64,000 bases of DNA from an uncultured Pseudobdellovibrionaceae bacterium (GCA_963803705.1 CAWDNU010000001.1:192001-256000); one strand, 5' to 3'; positions 22,301 through 38,582 are shown, numbered from the stretch's first letter. Translations and numbers: made by a program. The notes: generated by a model from the sequence alone, not told the origin.

Positions 22301-23817
22301 TGGAAATTCGTGCAGACGAAATCAGTCGAATCCTTAAAGAAGAAATTAAAAATTACGGTAAAACTGTAGAAATAAGTGAATCTGGAACAGTGCTGTCTGT
22401 AGGTGATGGTGTGGCTAGAGTTTACGGGCTAGAAAATGCTATGGCTGGCGAACTTGTTGAGTTTTCAAGCGGCGTTACTGGAATGGTTTTGAACTTGGAA
22501 AGCGACTCTGTTGGTGTGGTGATTTTGGGGGAAGACCAGGAAATACGTGAAGGTGACGTTGTAAAAAGGACCAAAAGAATTGTGCAAGTGCCAGTAGGCG
22601 AGGGTCTTTTGGGACGTGTCGTAGATGTTCTCGGGAACCCTATTGATGGAAAAGGACCAATTGAATCTAAAGAGTTTAGGGTGGTTGAAACCAAAGCTCC
22701 GGGTATAATCACAAGACAGCCTGTACATGAGCCATTACAGACCGGTATAAAAGCCATAGATTCAATGATACCAATTGGTAGAGGTCAGCGCGAGCTGATA
22801 ATTGGTGACAGACAAACTGGTAAAACTGCTATCGCAATTGATACAATTATTAACCAAGGCAACCAAGACGTAAAATGTTTTTATGTAGCTATAGGACAGA
22901 AGAAATCGACTGTCGCACAAGTTGTTGAAAAGTTAAGGGAAGCCGGGGCTTTAAAGTATACAACTGTTATAGTCGCGTCTGCCTCCGATCCAGCTCCTTT
23001 ACAGTTTTTAGCGCCTTATTCTGGTTGCGCTATGGCTGAATATTTCAGAGACAATGGTCAACATGCCTTGATCGTTTATGACGATTTAACAAAGCAAGCT
23101 CAGGCCTATAGACAGCTTTCACTATTGTTAAGACGGCCTCCTGGTCGAGAAGCCTTTCCTGGCGATGTATTTTATATTCATTCAAGACTTTTAGAACGGG
23201 CTGCAAAAATGAGCGAGGCCGCAGGAGGTGGCTCACTCACTGCGCTTCCAATTATTGAGACTCAAGCAGGTGATATATCCGCTTACGTTCCGACAAATGT
23301 GATTTCAATCACAGACGGTCAAATCTTCTTAGAGTCAGATCTGTTTTTTAAAGGGATCAGGCCGGCGGTTAACGTGGGTAAATCAGTATCACGAGTTGGC
23401 GGGGCTGCTCAGATAAAAGCAATGAAGCAAGTTGCTGGAACACTTAAATTAGATTTAGCACAATTTCGTGACTTAGAGGCTTTTTCCGCATTCGCATCGG
23501 ATTTGGATGCTGCTTCTCAGCGACAGTTATCAAGAGGACGAAAACTTGTAGAAACTTTAAAGCAGCCTCAGTACACGCCATACAGAGTTGAAGACCAAAT
23601 CATGGTAATTTTCAGCGCTACTAATGGATACATGGATGCAGTAAGCGATAAAGAAATTGGGCGATACGAAAAAGAGTTTATCCAGTTTATGGGTCAAAAG
23701 TATTCTGATTTAACTGGAAAAATTGCTAGCGAAAAGAAAATCTCGGATGAGATCAAAAATAAATTGATCGAGGCAATCACAGAGTTCAACTCAATTTTCA
23801 AATCCACCCAGTCTTAA
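22300..23817 (+). CDS. atpA: ATP synthase F1 subunit alpha
   Basis: [17 protein letters not shown] and [15 protein letters not shown] motifs. Confidence 0.99.
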   Translation: MEIRADEISRILKEEIKNYGKTVEISESGTVLSVGDGVARVYGLENAMAGELVEFSSGVTGMVLNLESDSVGVVILGEDQEIREGDVVKRTKRIVQVPVGEGLLGRVVDVLGNPIDGKGPIESKEFRVVETKAPGIITRQPVHEPLQTGIKAIDSMIPIGRGQRELIIGDRQTGKTAIAIDTIINQGNQDVKCFYVAIGQKKSTVAQVVEKLREAGALKYTTVIVASASDPAPLQFLAPYSGCAMAEYFRDNGQHALIVYDDLTKQAQAYRQLSLLLRRPPGREAFPGDVFYIHSRLLERAAKMSEAAGGGSLTALPIIETQAGDISAYVPTNVISITDGQIFLESDLFFKGIRPAVNVGKSVSRVGGAAQIKAMKQVAGTLKLDLAQFRDLEAFSAFASDLDAASQRQLSRGRKLVETLKQPQYTPYRVEDQIMVIFSATNGYMDAVSDKEIGRYEKEFIQFMGQKYSDLTGKIASEKKISDEIKNKLIEAITEFNSIFKSTQS

Positions 23818-23837
23818 ACCTTAGCAAGTAGGTAAAG

Positions 23838-26142
<2,305 letters not shown>

Positions 26143-26173
26143 ATTTTATCACTACTCAAAAAGGTTTAAGTAT

Positions 26174-26569
26174 ATGAGTTTAAAATTATCAATAGTAACT
26201 CCACTGAAAAAGTTAGTTACAGATTTGAATGTAAAGTCGGTGACTTTGCCTTCTTTCCGAGGGGAACTTACAATTTTAGATGCTCATGAACCATTGGTTT
26301 CGACCTTAGAGACAGGAGTAATAACCTCTGTGACGTAAAACTTCCAAAAAGAATAGTTTAGTTATTAGTTGGGGTTATTTTGAGATTAATAAGGGTGTGA
26401 TTTCAGTGCTTGCTGAGACAGCTGAAACTTCAAAGATCTAAACTTCAAAAGAGCTGAAGCTTCTCTTGCGAAATCGAACGAAGTGTTGAAATCTACTGAA
26501 GACTTAGAAATAATTCAAAAATATCAAGGTAAGGTTAAAAAAGCAGAGGCCCGACTTAAGTTAAAGTAA
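26174..26569 (+). CDS. atpC: ATP synthase F1 subunit epsilon (frameshifted in this sequence, probably an artefact)
   Basis: MSLKLSIVTPLKKLV...GELTILDAHEPLVSTLETG continues in other frames as ISWGYFEINKGVISVLAETAE and KKAEARLKLK*. Confidence 0.88.
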
Positions 26570-26655
26570 GTTTTAAAAAGTGGATCCTTTTGTTCGGCTA
26601 GTCTTTAATTTTTTTTACTTCATTGGCAAACCATTTCCAAAATTTATTGCTGGAA

Positions 26656-28190
26656 CTATAGAGATTTAAAGTTTTTGTGAAAGCTTTCTGTTATAGCTGG
26701 GTCTGATGTATTAATAACCACTAAATTTTTCAATAGATTTTTTGGAATCTCGCTAAGTCGTTTAGCAGATCTGTCGCCGGAAACATGGAAGAAACACAGA
26801 CTCTTTTTACAGTAGTCGATAGCTTTCAGCCAATTATCTTGCCTTAGTGGTACAAACCTACCGTTCTTGAAATTGCTTCTAAAACTTTTGTAGAAATAGT
26901 AGGAGTAAGAAAAAAGATAAATGGATTTTCTTGATTTAATATTATCCGAAATTTCTTGAATTAGTGCTTTTTGGAAATACGATTGAAATGCAAAAAATTG
27001 ATTTGATTTTGTAAGCTGTAAATTTTTGCTGAGACTTCTTTTACCCCGCATATTTCAAGTTTCGTTATTTTTGAGTCTCAATTTTGTAGATACAATTTTT
27101 TTTACTTTTGATTTACAAGTCCCAAACTAAGATTATTGGATTTAACGGCGTTATAAAAATATTTTAATGAGCTTACGTTTGATTGTAATCCAGACCACAC
27201 GATCAGAACTTGATCATGACCTGCTTTTAATGCGCTTGAATAGCCTTTTCTCCCAGATTATTTTTTTATCTTTAAAGAATAACATGTCTAAATCGTCTGT
27301 AAAAACTAGGCCTTCATGTTGGTAGCTCATTACGATAACTTAGAAACAATAGGTTTGGAAAAAGTAGTGAGCGTACCTTCAGGATCAAGTGCAGGGACTG
27401 ACAGAGATGTGAGACGTCATTACACCTGTGTGCGGATGTTGTGAATAATGTTTTTAAATGGAAGGAGATCTGTACTTATTTAGCTCTTCAAGGTAGATAT
27501 TTTTCTTACATTTCAAAGTGACTATCTTCTTGTGATACGACCATGACCAGGAAAATGTTTTAAGAACGGAGAGAACTCCTGCTGATCTTACCCCAGCATA
27601 TAAAGGAGAAACTATCTTTACTACCTCGAGAGGTGATGAGCTAAATGATCGTTCGCCAATGAAATTTAAAGACGTTTCTGATCTTAAGTCCACAACTGGT
27701 GCAAGATTGATATCAAATCCAATATTTTTTAAGATATCGACCAGTCCATTTACCTAGTTCATAAGCATATCGTTGGATCTCTGAGTTTGACCTAGGCTAA
27801 GGGCACTTGGAAAGAATTGAGACGGACCAACTCGAACCACTTCTCCTCCTTCATGATCTACAATAAAAAATGGTTCTATCTGTTTATTCCTTAATAGAAA
27901 ATTCTTAATATCCTTGATAAGAATCTGCACCTTTTCAGGTGATTTCCCATTTCTAGAAAAGAATATTAGGCCACCAGGCTTATATTTTGTTAGAAATTTT
28001 TAAGGGAAGGAGTTAAAGTTTGATCTTTGAAACCAAAGACAAAAATTGTCCTATCTTTTCTTCGACAGTCATCGCTTGCAAAATCGAGTCTACTCCTACT
28101 ATTGGAGGGAGAATAGGTCACATGGAATAATAGTCAAAGGCTGGGTTCCAAATAAAAAATTGTATTAAGAACAGAGTCTTATATAATCTT
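26656..28190 (-). CDS. GH3 beta-N-acetylhexosaminidase (NagZ-like), multiple frameshifts, boundaries approximate
   Basis: Fragments MTVEEKIGQ, PGGLIFFSRN, VDHEGGEVVR, INLAPVVD, ERSFS, LK(H)FPGHG (broken by an extra A near 27560) and LVFTDDLDM. Confidence 0.8.
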
Positions 28191-28221
28191 CTTATGTTTA
28201 AAAATGAATTAGAAGTAGTTT

Positions 28222-28975
28222 ATGAAAATTCATCCATTCTATTATCGTAATTTTATAGTTTTAATGATCTGGCCATTAGGTGTGAATTGCGCATTTGCAA
28301 ATGAAAACTGGGTTGAAGTCGAGCTAATATCCGTTAATTGTTGAGAAGCAGATAGGTGACAAAAAAAGGATTAAATTTTTAGATTATAAGGATAGAAGAA
28401 AGGTTTTGAATTTTAGATTTAATTTTTTGGCTGTTAAGTCGAGCTTCAGCGACTATCCAATTTCATCTACTAAGACTCTGGAAAGCCTAAAAGGAAATCG
28501 GATCGGAGGGTTTTGAAGGCCTTATTTTCATTGAGCTACAATTTGACGCATTTTTTCAGCAGGTCTTGATTTCGGTTTACTATTTGCAAGTTACGAAGAG
28601 AGCGTCAGTCTGATGCAGCCAAAGATTAGCTTTCACATCATAGCAGATACACTCTTTCCCAATCCCTACTTTGCTGCCTTATTCAAAATCGGAGCCAGTC
28701 AGATGGACATTTAACAATCCAAATAGCTTCTGATTTACCAGAGATAAAATCTAATTTGCTATGTATTCTCTCTGGGTGCAATGTTTTCATTAGATTGGTT
28801 GCCAAAAGAATTGGCCATGGACGCTTATTTTGGATATGGACTTGATACCACTTATTTAGTCATTGAGTACGAATCATTTACCGGAATACCATTTGAAGCC
28901 AGTGTTCTACAAATGTTAGGCAATCTTCGATCAAAGTAGGACTGCAGCTAGTTTTCTGATTATTAGATGATAAGG
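28222..28975 (+). CDS. Hypothetical exported protein, frameshifted, boundaries approximate
   Basis: Signal-peptide-like start MKIHPFYYRNFIVLMIWPLGVNCAFA. Later fragments (MDAYFGYGLDTTYLVIEYESF) are aromatic-rich and beta-strand-like. Confidence 0.4.
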
Positions 28976-29048
28976 GATGAATTAAATATTGAAATTTATT
29001 CTTGGCTTAAATTTAAGCTAGTGATGGATACATATAGCTACAAGAAAG

Positions 29049-32000
29049 CTATTTCTTCATAGATTTTTGGCCAGTCAATTCATTAATTCGAATTATAATC
29101 GATCGCCGGGAAAAAGTTTGTACTTTTTGTTTTCTTGCTGAGTCAGTTTAAGGAGCCGATCTACAGGAAATTTCGGTGGAAGAGTCGAAAGTTAAGACTT
29201 AGATGTTTTAGGTCCACTTTTAACTTCTTTTATTCCTTTTTCTTTACAAAGTCTTTTCACCAACATCATCGTGATAAATGATCACTACTTCCAAGGCGGT
29301 TTACCGAATTGATCTGTTAAGTCTTGGTCAATTTTATCAATGTCGTCTGGCTCGTATATATTGGACAGAACTCTTGTAGTAAGCTAGTCTCAAACGAATA
29401 TCCTGAATGTAATCACTTGGTATAAGAGCAGGTAAGAGGAATATTAATTTCTGGCTCAATATCATTTTGGAAGGTCTTTACCTTGAGCTTCATGCAATGG
29501 CCTGCTGCAGAAGTTCCATGTACAGATCGTAACCTACCAAGTTGACATGTCCTGATTGAGTTTTCGCCTAAAATATTTCCTGCACCTCTAAGTTCCAAAT
29601 CATAGTGTGCAATTCGTATTCCACTTCCTAATGTGGTATTCTCTTGAAGAATTTTGAGTCTTTCTAGGGCATCTTTCTCAAGCTGTTTACCTTTTGGGAT
29701 AATCAGGTAACAGTAAGCTTTATTTTTGCTTCGACCAACACGGCCTCGGAGTTGATAGAGCTGGCTAAGTCCGAAATGTTGGGCATCATTAATGAACATG
29801 GTGTTTGCATTACCTATGTCGATTCCAGACTCTACTAATTGTTGTTGAAAGTAAAATATCAACTTCTTTATTCACAAAGGACATAATCACTTTCTCCAAG
29901 GTTCTTTCTCTTCCATTTGACCATGACCAACTGCAATTCTTAGATTCTGGGAATAATTCTTTCAGTTGATCGTGAATAGCTGTAAATACTCTGTACTCTA
30001 TTATGAATGAAGAATACCTGTCCGCCACGTTTAACTTCTGAGTTAACGGCCTTCTTTATGATTTCAGTATTAAATTTAGTAATGAAGGTTCTGATAGGTT
30101 GTCTATCGACAGGAGCTGTAGTGATCAAACTGAGATCTCTAAGACCAAGCAAGCTCATATTTAAAGTTCTAGGTATTGGAGTCGCAGAAAGTGTTAATGT
30201 GTCCACACTGTCTCTTAGTTTTCTGATCTTTTCTTTATGTCTTACTCCAAATTTCTGCTCTTCATCGCAAATTAAAAGTCCAAGGTCTTTAAACTTAATG
30301 TCCTGACTCAAGAAGCCTATGTGTTCCAACTACCAGATTTACTTTTCCCTCTTTCATTTCGTTTAAAGTTTTTTTAATTTGAGACGAGGGTACAAATCTG
30401 TTTAGGCCCTTAATATTAAAACCCCAATGATCTAATCGTCTTTTTAAATGAAGTTAAATGTTGAAATGCAAGAACAGTAGTAGGTGCTAGATACAGCTAC
30501 TTGCTTTCCAGAGGCTTAAAACATGAAAGGCAGCACTCATGGATACTTCTGTCTTGCCAAATCCTACGTCTCCACAAATCAATCTATCCATCGGTTTGTC
30601 AGAATTTAAATCTTCATGAATATTTTCAATGGCTTTGATTTGATCTTCTGTCTCTTCAAAGCGAATTCATTTTCAAAAGCAAAAAGATCTTGTTGGTTAA
30701 CAGATAGGTTTTCTATATGCCGTAGAACGTTCAGCGTAAATTTGAAGTAAGTCATTGGCAATGTCGCGAACTGATTTTTGACTTTGATCTTTGCTTTTTC
30801 GAAAGTCGAACCACCAAGCTTATCAATTAGTTGATCATGTGCAGGTCCACCATAAATTTTTATTTGATTGATTCGGTGTATAGGTAAAAAAAGTTTATCT
30901 TTTCCTTTATAGTGGATTTCAATGAATTCTGAATTCACACCTTGAACATTAATGATTTTTAATCCGCAAACTTTCCCAATACCATGTTGAACGTGAATTA
31001 TTAGATCAGATTTTTTTAGTTCACCAAATCGAATTGATTCAATTTTTATTGAAATCGTCTTTTTGTTTATCGCCATTTTTTTTTCTAACGCTTCGTCCAA
31101 AAAGGTCTTTATATTTTAGAAGCACCAAGTGTTCGATTTTAACCGAATAGTTTGAAATATCTCAGCTCTTAAAATGTAGCAGTCGTATTTTGGTTCAAAG
31201 CTCTAGGTCTTCAATGAATTTATATCTTAAAAATTTAAATCCAAGACTCTTAAAAATTTGCGAGACTCTTTGCCAATTAAAATCTTGCACCGCTGAAACT
31301 ACAAATTTATTGTCTTGCATTTTCCAATTTAAAATTTGTTTTTTTATAAAACTTTTAAATTCACTGTAGTCGGATCTTAGGGCACTACACTAGAAAAAAA
31401 TCATTCAGATTAGAGGTGGGGTAAACAATATGATTTCTGGACTTTTCATCAGATTCGTCCAAAGATCTTTTCAATATCTTCTAGTTCTTTTAGCATGACT
31501 TCATTTAGATGAACCTGCGTATTGGTTGGTAAAAAGTCATCAGTATTCATAGAAAATAAGTCAGCTGACATCTGGCCGTATAATGCGTGTCATCGTTTTG
31601 ATAGTCTTAATTGTAGGACTCTATTTGACTGTACCAATTGTTGACAGCAACTCTTTATTTCTGATCCACACGCTACTGAGTTCAGGAATAAAATCTTTAG
31701 GTAGAGAAAGAATTCGGCCAAAAGCCATGAAGTAAAAATTCTTGCCCCAAGAAATCGCGTTGGTTGCCTAATCGAGTGATTTACAAGTTCAAGATCTTCA
31801 GGAGGTACGTTCGATCTTTTGTCATTTTTTTCAAATAAGAAAAAAGTGAGGAATGATTTTCTGTTTAGATGAAAGTTTCACTAGCAGGAAGAACAGTAAA
31901 ATGTATTTAAGTCTACGCTTAAGAATTGATCTTTGATTTTCGACATCAAAAAATCTTAATGATTCAATAGTCTCACCAAACAATTCGATGCGAACTGGGT

Positions 32001-32550
32001 ATTTATGAGCTGGAGAAAAAATATCAAATATTCCACCTTTAAAACTATATTGGCCATAATCCTCAACGACAGAAGACACTTTTGTATCCAACATAGACAA
32101 GAACTCATCATATAGGTTCAGGCAGCTCATCTTTGACTTTAAACTGATAGGTATTCTCTTTTAAATAATTTTAGGGCAAGGTATGTTGCGATAGAGATGA
32201 AGAGTGACGCTACAAACACACCTGCTTTTTTTTTGAGGGAGCATCTAGAAAAAGCGGATTCTTTTAGCAGCTCATTTTAGATTTAGGGAGCGAGCCCACC
32301 ATAGGGACTTATATCGAAATCAGGAAGCTATAAGCATCGATCTTATTCTGCTGAAGAAAGTGATTATTTCTTAGCTTCTTTATCGTCACTACAATCATTA
32401 GGTGTTTATATGTTTTACGTAAGCTAGAGCCTTTGAAAGTTAGACGAGTAAGAAAGGGAAATAAGAGCCAGTGCCTTCAACAGAAAGTTCTTTCGGAGTT
32501 GCTTTCCAAACCTATAAATATAATGGAATTTCAAAATTTGATACGTGCAT
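29049..32550 (-). CDS. mfd: Transcription-repair coupling factor Mfd (heavily frameshifted, probably artefact)
   Basis: Fragments GGIFDIFSP...[70 protein letters not shown] and [12 protein letters not shown]. Confidence 0.93.
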
Positions 32551-32713
32551 GATTTAAAACCACAGACTAGTGGAACAGTTGAATTTAGTTCATTGGGAAT
32601 ACACTCAATAGTCTAATGCGTCAAATTGGTCTCAGAAAAACAAATTGGAACTGACAAAACTTCATGATAATTCGTATAGAATCATATAATTTAATCTAGG
32701 AGTGGAGGGACAC

Positions 32714-33087
32714 GTGTCACCATTAGTTTCGATCATCGTATTGAGCATAATTGTACTTACTTTCGGTGCTGTTCTGATAGCACTCACGTCTCTTAATTGG
32801 TCCAAAGACTAAAGAGAGCAAAATCAAACAAATGGCTTATGAGTGTGGTTTGACATGTTCCTGAATCTGAAGTGAGTAAAGTTCCTGTTAAATTTTATTT
32901 AACAGCCATTCTTTTTATTCTTTTTGATATTGAAATTATTTTTATGTATCCATGGGCTTTAGTTTACAAAGACTTCATTGCTCAAGGCAAGGGATTATTT
33001 ATATTTGCTGACGATGGCATGTTCCTTCTAGTCTTTGTTTTTGGATTACTTTGGGAAATTAAATCTAATGCTTTGGAGTGGGAATAA
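32714..33087 (+). CDS. nuoA: NADH-quinone oxidoreductase subunit A (frameshifted)
   Basis: GTG at 32714 after GGAGG; AYECG, then KFYLTAILFILFDIEIIFMYPWA...ALEWE. Confidence 0.92.
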
Positions 33088-33095
33088 AATGAATC

Positions 33096-34234
33096 ATGGA
33101 TTCTTTTGTAACCACGGTTAATCATCATAAAAATGTCTGCTATTTTTCTCTCATGGTCCAGATGGTTCCAATACTTGTTTGGGTTGAACGCAGGGGATCT
33201 GCTTTTATTCAAAATCGATTTGGTCCGAACAGAGTCGGACCCCTAGGACTTTTGCAGCTTTTAGCCGATGCTGTTAAGTTTGCTTTTAAAGAAGAGTTCG
33301 TCTCCTGGTAAAAGTCATAAAGCTTTTTTCTATATGGCACCTGTTCTAGCTTTGCTTCCCGGTGTCTTAGCCTTCGGGTCAATCCCACTAAGTGTTCCCT
33401 TTACCCTTTCCGGAGATCGGTTGGTCCCATACCTTTTCAACTCAAGTTTTTGATCTTGGAATTGGTATAGTTTTTGTTCTTGGTGTGTCTTCTTTAGGAG
33501 CTTACGCTTTATTGTTAGCAGGCTGGGGTTCTGCCAATAAATTTTCATTATTTGGAGCACTTAGAGCTAGTGCTCAAATGATCAGTTATGAGCTAGCATT
33601 AGGCTTATCGTTAGTTGGTATTTTGCTTTGTTACGGCACCTTTAACTTTTCTGAAATGATTGAAGCTCAACAAGGCCTCTAACTTTTCTTCTTTTTGGGC
33701 ACTAAATATACTTTTTTATCTTTTTTGCCAGCATGGGGCATATTTTATCAACCCTTAGGAGCTTTAATATTTTTTGTGGCAGTTTTTGCTGAGACCAATA
33801 GATTACCCTTTGACTTACCAGAGGCTGAATCAGAGCTTGTGGCTGGATACCATACGGAGTATGGCGGCCTCAAGATGCTGATGTTTTACATCGGAGAGTA
33901 CGGTCACATGATGGTGGCCTCTGCCTTGATGGCCACTTTTTATTTCGGAGGCTACACCTTACCTTTTTTGACAGTAGAGGGCGTCAGGGACTTTTTGTCC
34001 GGCACACTGGGTTTTGAATCTGCCAATGCTATAAGTTTAATGACAATGCTGGTTTTTCATATCGTTCTAATGACCAAGATCATCTTATTTCTTTGGGTGT
34101 TTATTTGGATTCGGTGGACCTTACCACGATTTAGGTATGATCAACTGATGGATCTGGGTTGGAAAAAGATGCTTCCTTGGGCCATTTTAAACACAATTGT
34201 GACGGCTGTATTTATACTTGCCGGGGGAGTATAA
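33096..34234 (+). CDS. nuoH: NADH-quinone oxidoreductase subunit H (frameshifted)
   Basis: [58 protein letters not shown] and PRFRYDQLM, spread over four ORF fragments. Confidence 0.93.
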
Positions 34235-34756
34235 GTGATTAGTGCTGCATTATTCTATGGGTTTTCAGCGTTCATAATATTCTTTGCTCTCGCTGTCTTG
34301 TCAGCTAGTAATCCTATTGTTTCAGCGCTTTCACTAGCGGCTGCTATGATTGGGGTTGCTGGGGTTTTCTTTGCACTAGGCGCTCACTTCATCGCGGCAG
34401 TTCAATTAGCTGTGTACGCAGGTGCAGTGATGGTTTTGTTTGTTATAGTTTTGATGTTATTTGATTTAAAAAAAGAAGAATCAATGTCGTCGTCTTTGAT
34501 GAGATTTCTAAAGATCTCTGTAGTTGGTGCAATTTTGGGCTTGTTAACAGGCGCAATCACTTTGTCTGGGTTTGATTCTAACTCACAGATGTTTATCCAA
34601 GATACCGCTTCTATTACTCCTACGAAGAAACTTGCGACTTTACTATTTAGCAAATATCTGTTTGCTTTCGAGGTTTTGGGCGTCTTACTTCTTGTTATCG
34701 CAATTGGCGTGGTGTCAGTGAGTCGAATCAAAGGGGGCACTCATGCTAAATCTTGA
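34235..34756 (+). CDS. nuoJ: NADH-quinone oxidoreductase subunit J
   Basis: [26 protein letters not shown] and YLFAFE motifs. Confidence 0.95.
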   Translation: MISAALFYGFSAFIIFFALAVLSASNPIVSALSLAAAMIGVAGVFFALGAHFIAAVQLAVYAGAVMVLFVIVLMLFDLKKEESMSSSLMRFLKISVVGAILGLLTGAITLSGFDSNSQMFIQDTASITPTKKLATLLFSKYLFAFEVLGVLLLVIAIGVVSVSRIKGGTHAKS

Positions 34757-35069
34757 ATCGATGACAAACATTGGGTTGAACCATTTTTTATATTTATCGA
34801 CGATAGTTTTTACCATCGGCCTTTTAACTGTTTTATTAAGAAAAAATTTAATTGTTATATTGATGGGTATAGAGCTGATGCTGAACGCAGTTAATTTATC
34901 TTTTATTGCTTTTAGTTCTTACTCTGGTGACATTCACGGCCAAGTTATTGTCTTTTTTGTTATGACAGTTGCAGCTGCGGAAGCCGGAGTTGGTTTGGCA
35001 ATCGCAGTGGCAATTTTTAAAAGGTTTAAAGAAGTTGATATTTCTTTCTTCCAAAAACTGAAAGGTTAA
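34743..35069 (+). CDS. nuoK: NADH-quinone oxidoreductase subunit K
   Basis: [10 protein letters not shown] and [12 protein letters not shown] motifs. Confidence 0.96.
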   Translation: MLNLESMTNIGLNHFLYLSTIVFTIGLLTVLLRKNLIVILMGIELMLNAVNLSFIAFSSYSGDIHGQVIVFFVMTVAAAEAGVGLAIAVAIFKRFKEVDISFFQKLKG

Positions 35070-35081
35070 TTCGGAGCGCTT

Positions 35082-37014
35082 GTGATCACAATTTTATTTT
35101 CAATTCTATTTTTATCACCGTTTGCAGGTTTCTTAGTAAATGGACTTAATTTTAAAAAATCTAATGCTAATTTGGCTGGAGCTATAGGAACTGGGGCTGT
35201 TTTGGTTTCATTCATTTGCGCTGTGTTTCTTTTCTTGGAAATGTTAGGAGCAGAAAAAAGAATCTTAAATCCATATTTTTTTACTTGGTTAGAAGTTGGC
35301 ACGTTTAAGTCACAAGCAGCGTTTTTTATGGATCCGATCAGCGGAATCATGACTTTAATCATAACTGGTGTAGGGTCTCTGATACATTTATTTAGCGTAG
35401 GATATATGGCCCACGATGAAAGGCCATTTAAGTATTTTGCATATTTGAACCTGTTCATTTTTAATATGCTACTTCTGGTTCTAGGGGATAATCTTCTTAT
35501 CACTTTTGTTGGATGGGAAGGAGTTGGGCTATGTTCATATTTATTGATTGGATTCTGGTTCAGCGACGAAAAAAAAGCAGCTGCAGGTATGAAGGCCTTT
35601 ATAACCAACAGAATAGGTGACGCTGGATTGCTAATTGGGATATTTATTCTTTTTTCACAATTTGGGACAGTTAACTATTTTGAATTGAACTCTTACGCAA
35701 CTGCCATGGCTCCTGATAGCGGCTGGTTTAATCCAATCACCTTAGCCATGATATTTTTATTTATTGGAGTTTGTGGTAAATCAGCACAAATCCCTCTTTA
35801 TGTGTGGCTGCCAGACGCTATGGCCGGTCCAACGCCAGTGTCAGCGCTTATACATGCTGCCACCATGGTTACTGCTGGGGTGTATCTACTTATCAGGTTA
35901 AGTCCGGTGTTAGTTTTAGCCCCAAATGCAATGATGATAGTGGCCTATGTAGGGGCGCTTACAGCTTTATTAGGGGCGCTTATCGGCATCACACAGTGGG
36001 ACATTAAAAAAATCTTAGCTTACTCAACGGTTTCGCAACTTGGTTATATGATTATGGGCGTTGGAGTCGGCGCATTTATACCTGCTTTCTTTCACTTAAT
36101 GACGCATGCTTTTTTTAAAGCGCTGATGTTCCTAGGTTCTGGAAGTGTAATTCATTCGATGGGGGAAGAGCAAGATATACGAAAAATGGGTGGGCTGGCT
36201 AAGCTTATGCCTATAACGCATCTGACATTTTTAATCGGATGGTTAGCAATTATAGGTTTACCACCTTTTTCGGGTTTTTTTAGCAAAGATGAAATCTTGT
36301 TTTACAGCTTTGTAAGTTCTCAGAGCTCCATACTATTATGGATTATGGGTGTCGTTGGCGCAGGGTGCACGGCTTTTTACATGACTCGCTTGATGTGCTT
36401 CACATTCTGGGGCAAGTCTAGGATTTCATCAGACCTGCACCCCCACGAGAGTCCAATCTCTGATGACCTTGCCGCTAATAATTTTAGCATTTCTAGCTGC
36501 TTTTGCGGGTTTACTAGGGATACCCCATTTGATAGGCGAGGTTCTTCCAGGGCACCCACCAAATATATTAGAGCATCTTTTATCGCCTTATGTTGCGAAA
36601 GTTAAAATGGGCCATGCATCTGCTGCACTGGAATGGGGGCTTATATTTATTTCGGTTCTCGTAGCAGCGTTAATGGCCTTAGCTGCGTACCTAGTTTATG
36701 TAAAAGAGAAATTCAACATTGAAAATTTAACTGATAAAATTAGGATGGCTTACCGTCTAAGTTACAACAAGTTTTATGTCGATGAATTCTACCGGTCGAA
36801 GATCATTGAACCAATAATTGTGGGATCTAAAGCACTCTGGCTCCATATTGATGTCATGTTCATAGACAGATTTACTTACTACATTTCTGACGTCATTTTG
36901 AAAGGTGGTCACTACAACAAAAAGATTCAAAATGGTAATTTTCAAAATTATGCATTTTTTATATCTTTGGGTATGACTGCTTTTCTTATCATGATATTTG
37001 CTTTTAATTCCTAG
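35082..37014 (+). CDS. nuoL: NADH-quinone oxidoreductase subunit L (one frameshift near 36460)
   Basis: GWEGVGLCSYLLIGFW and WLPDAMAGPTPVSALIHAATMV. PHESP continues into MTLPL in ORF 36463-37014. Confidence 0.95.
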
Positions 37015-37022
37015 GAGATTTT

Positions 37023-38582
37023 GTGTTGTTATCTGCTTTAATATTTTTGCCAGTTTTGTTTGCGATAGTGATTATGTTAAATCCCCAAGAAAAGATAACA
37101 TCAAAGCTTTCCTTATTGTTTTCTGGGCTTCTTTTTGTTCTGTCCCTAATCATGCTTTATAGCTTCAACCCGGAAACAGCCGCTTTACAGTTCGTTGAAA
37201 AATCCAGTTGGATTCCTCAGTTAGGGATCCAATACTTTTTAGGTGTTGACGGAATATCTTTGTGGTTAGTTTTGTTATCAAATTTTTTGTTACCCTTGGT
37301 AATTATCGGTTCGATGAATTCGATAAAAACAAGAATTAGAACTTTTTATTCAGCACTGTTTTTGCTTCAGGCTGCAATGGTTGGTTCTTTTTTATCTTTA
37401 GATCTTATCTTGTTTTATATTTTCTTCGAAAGCTCATTAATACCGATGGCAATGCTGATCGGTATTTGGGGAGGAGATAAAAAAATATATGCTTCATTTA
37501 AATTTTTCATTTATACAATGTTTGGATCAGTGTTCATGTTAGCATCGATCATCTGCCTTATGCTCTTGAACAAAACTGTGACTGGTGAACTTAGTAGTAG
37601 CATTTTAGATTTGTATGCAATTGACATAGCGTTCATAGATGGTCGTTTTTTTTCAACCCAGACCATTTTATTTTTAGGATTTGCTATAGCATTTGCTATT
37701 AAAGTACCCATGTTTCCTGTGCACACCTGGTTGCCAGATGCTCACGTGCAAGCTCCGACGCCTGGTTCAGTAATACTTGCAGGTGTCATGTTGAAGATGG
37801 GCACTTATGGTTTTATTAGATTTGCAATTCCACTTTTTCCAGATGCATCTACTCAAATGTCCTGGATTTTTTCTTTGCTTGCAGTTGTTGGGATTATTTA
37901 TGGCGCATTGGTAGCTATGGTTCAAACTGATATAAAGAAGTTGGTGGCCTATTCTTCGGTTTCTCATATGGGATATATTATCCTAGGTTTATTTGCATTT
38001 AATGAAATCGGGTTAACTGGAGGGCTTTTTCAGATGCTTAACCATGGAATATCAACAGGAGCCTTGTTTTTTCTGGTTGGAATGATCTACCAAAGAACAC
38101 ATACCCGAGAGATTTCAGCTTATGGTGGGTTGGCCAAGTTAATGCCAATTTACACTATTTTCTTTTTGATAATAACTTTTTCAAGTATAGCGGTCCCGTT
38201 AACCAATGGTTTTGTCGGAGAATTTTATATTTTAATGGGGGCCTTTCTGGCTCAACCGATTTGGGGCTCGTTGGGTGTAGTTGGTGTAATCTTAGGTGCG
38301 ACCTACATGCTTTGGATGGTTAAAAAAGTATTTTTCGGTCCAACCAACCAAGGTTTGATAGATATGAATTTACAAGACGTAACCAGGTCCGAATACTGCG
38401 TGCTAGTTCCTATGGTTATATTCGTGTTTTGGATGGGTGTATTTCCTGGACATTTTATAAGGTACTCAGAAAAGAGTATCGCTAATTTATCGCAAAATAT
38501 GACTAATTATGAACTAAAGATTTTGGGAGAAAAAAAACTTTCAGAAAAATTATCTTTTATGGGAAAATCTGTCAAAGAGTAA
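37023..38582 (+). CDS. nuoM: NADH-quinone oxidoreductase subunit M
   Basis: KVPMFPVHTWLPDAHVQAPT and LVAYSSVSHMG motifs. Confidence 0.97.
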   Translation: MLLSALIFLPVLFAIVIMLNPQEKITSKLSLLFSGLLFVLSLIMLYSFNPETAALQFVEKSSWIPQLGIQYFLGVDGISLWLVLLSNFLLPLVIIGSMNSIKTRIRTFYSALFLLQAAMVGSFLSLDLILFYIFFESSLIPMAMLIGIWGGDKKIYASFKFFIYTMFGSVFMLASIICLMLLNKTVTGELSSSILDLYAIDIAFIDGRFFSTQTILFLGFAIAFAIKVPMFPVHTWLPDAHVQAPTPGSVILAGVMLKMGTYGFIRFAIPLFPDASTQMSWIFSLLAVVGIIYGALVAMVQTDIKKLVAYSSVSHMGYIILGLFAFNEIGLTGGLFQMLNHGISTGALFFLVGMIYQRTHTREISAYGGLAKLMPIYTIFFLIITFSSIAVPLTNGFVGEFYILMGAFLAQPIWGSLGVVGVILGATYMLWMVKKVFFGPTNQGLIDMNLQDVTRSEYCVLVPMVIFVFWMGVFPGHFIRYSEKSIANLSQNMTNYELKILGEKKLSEKLSFMGKSVKE

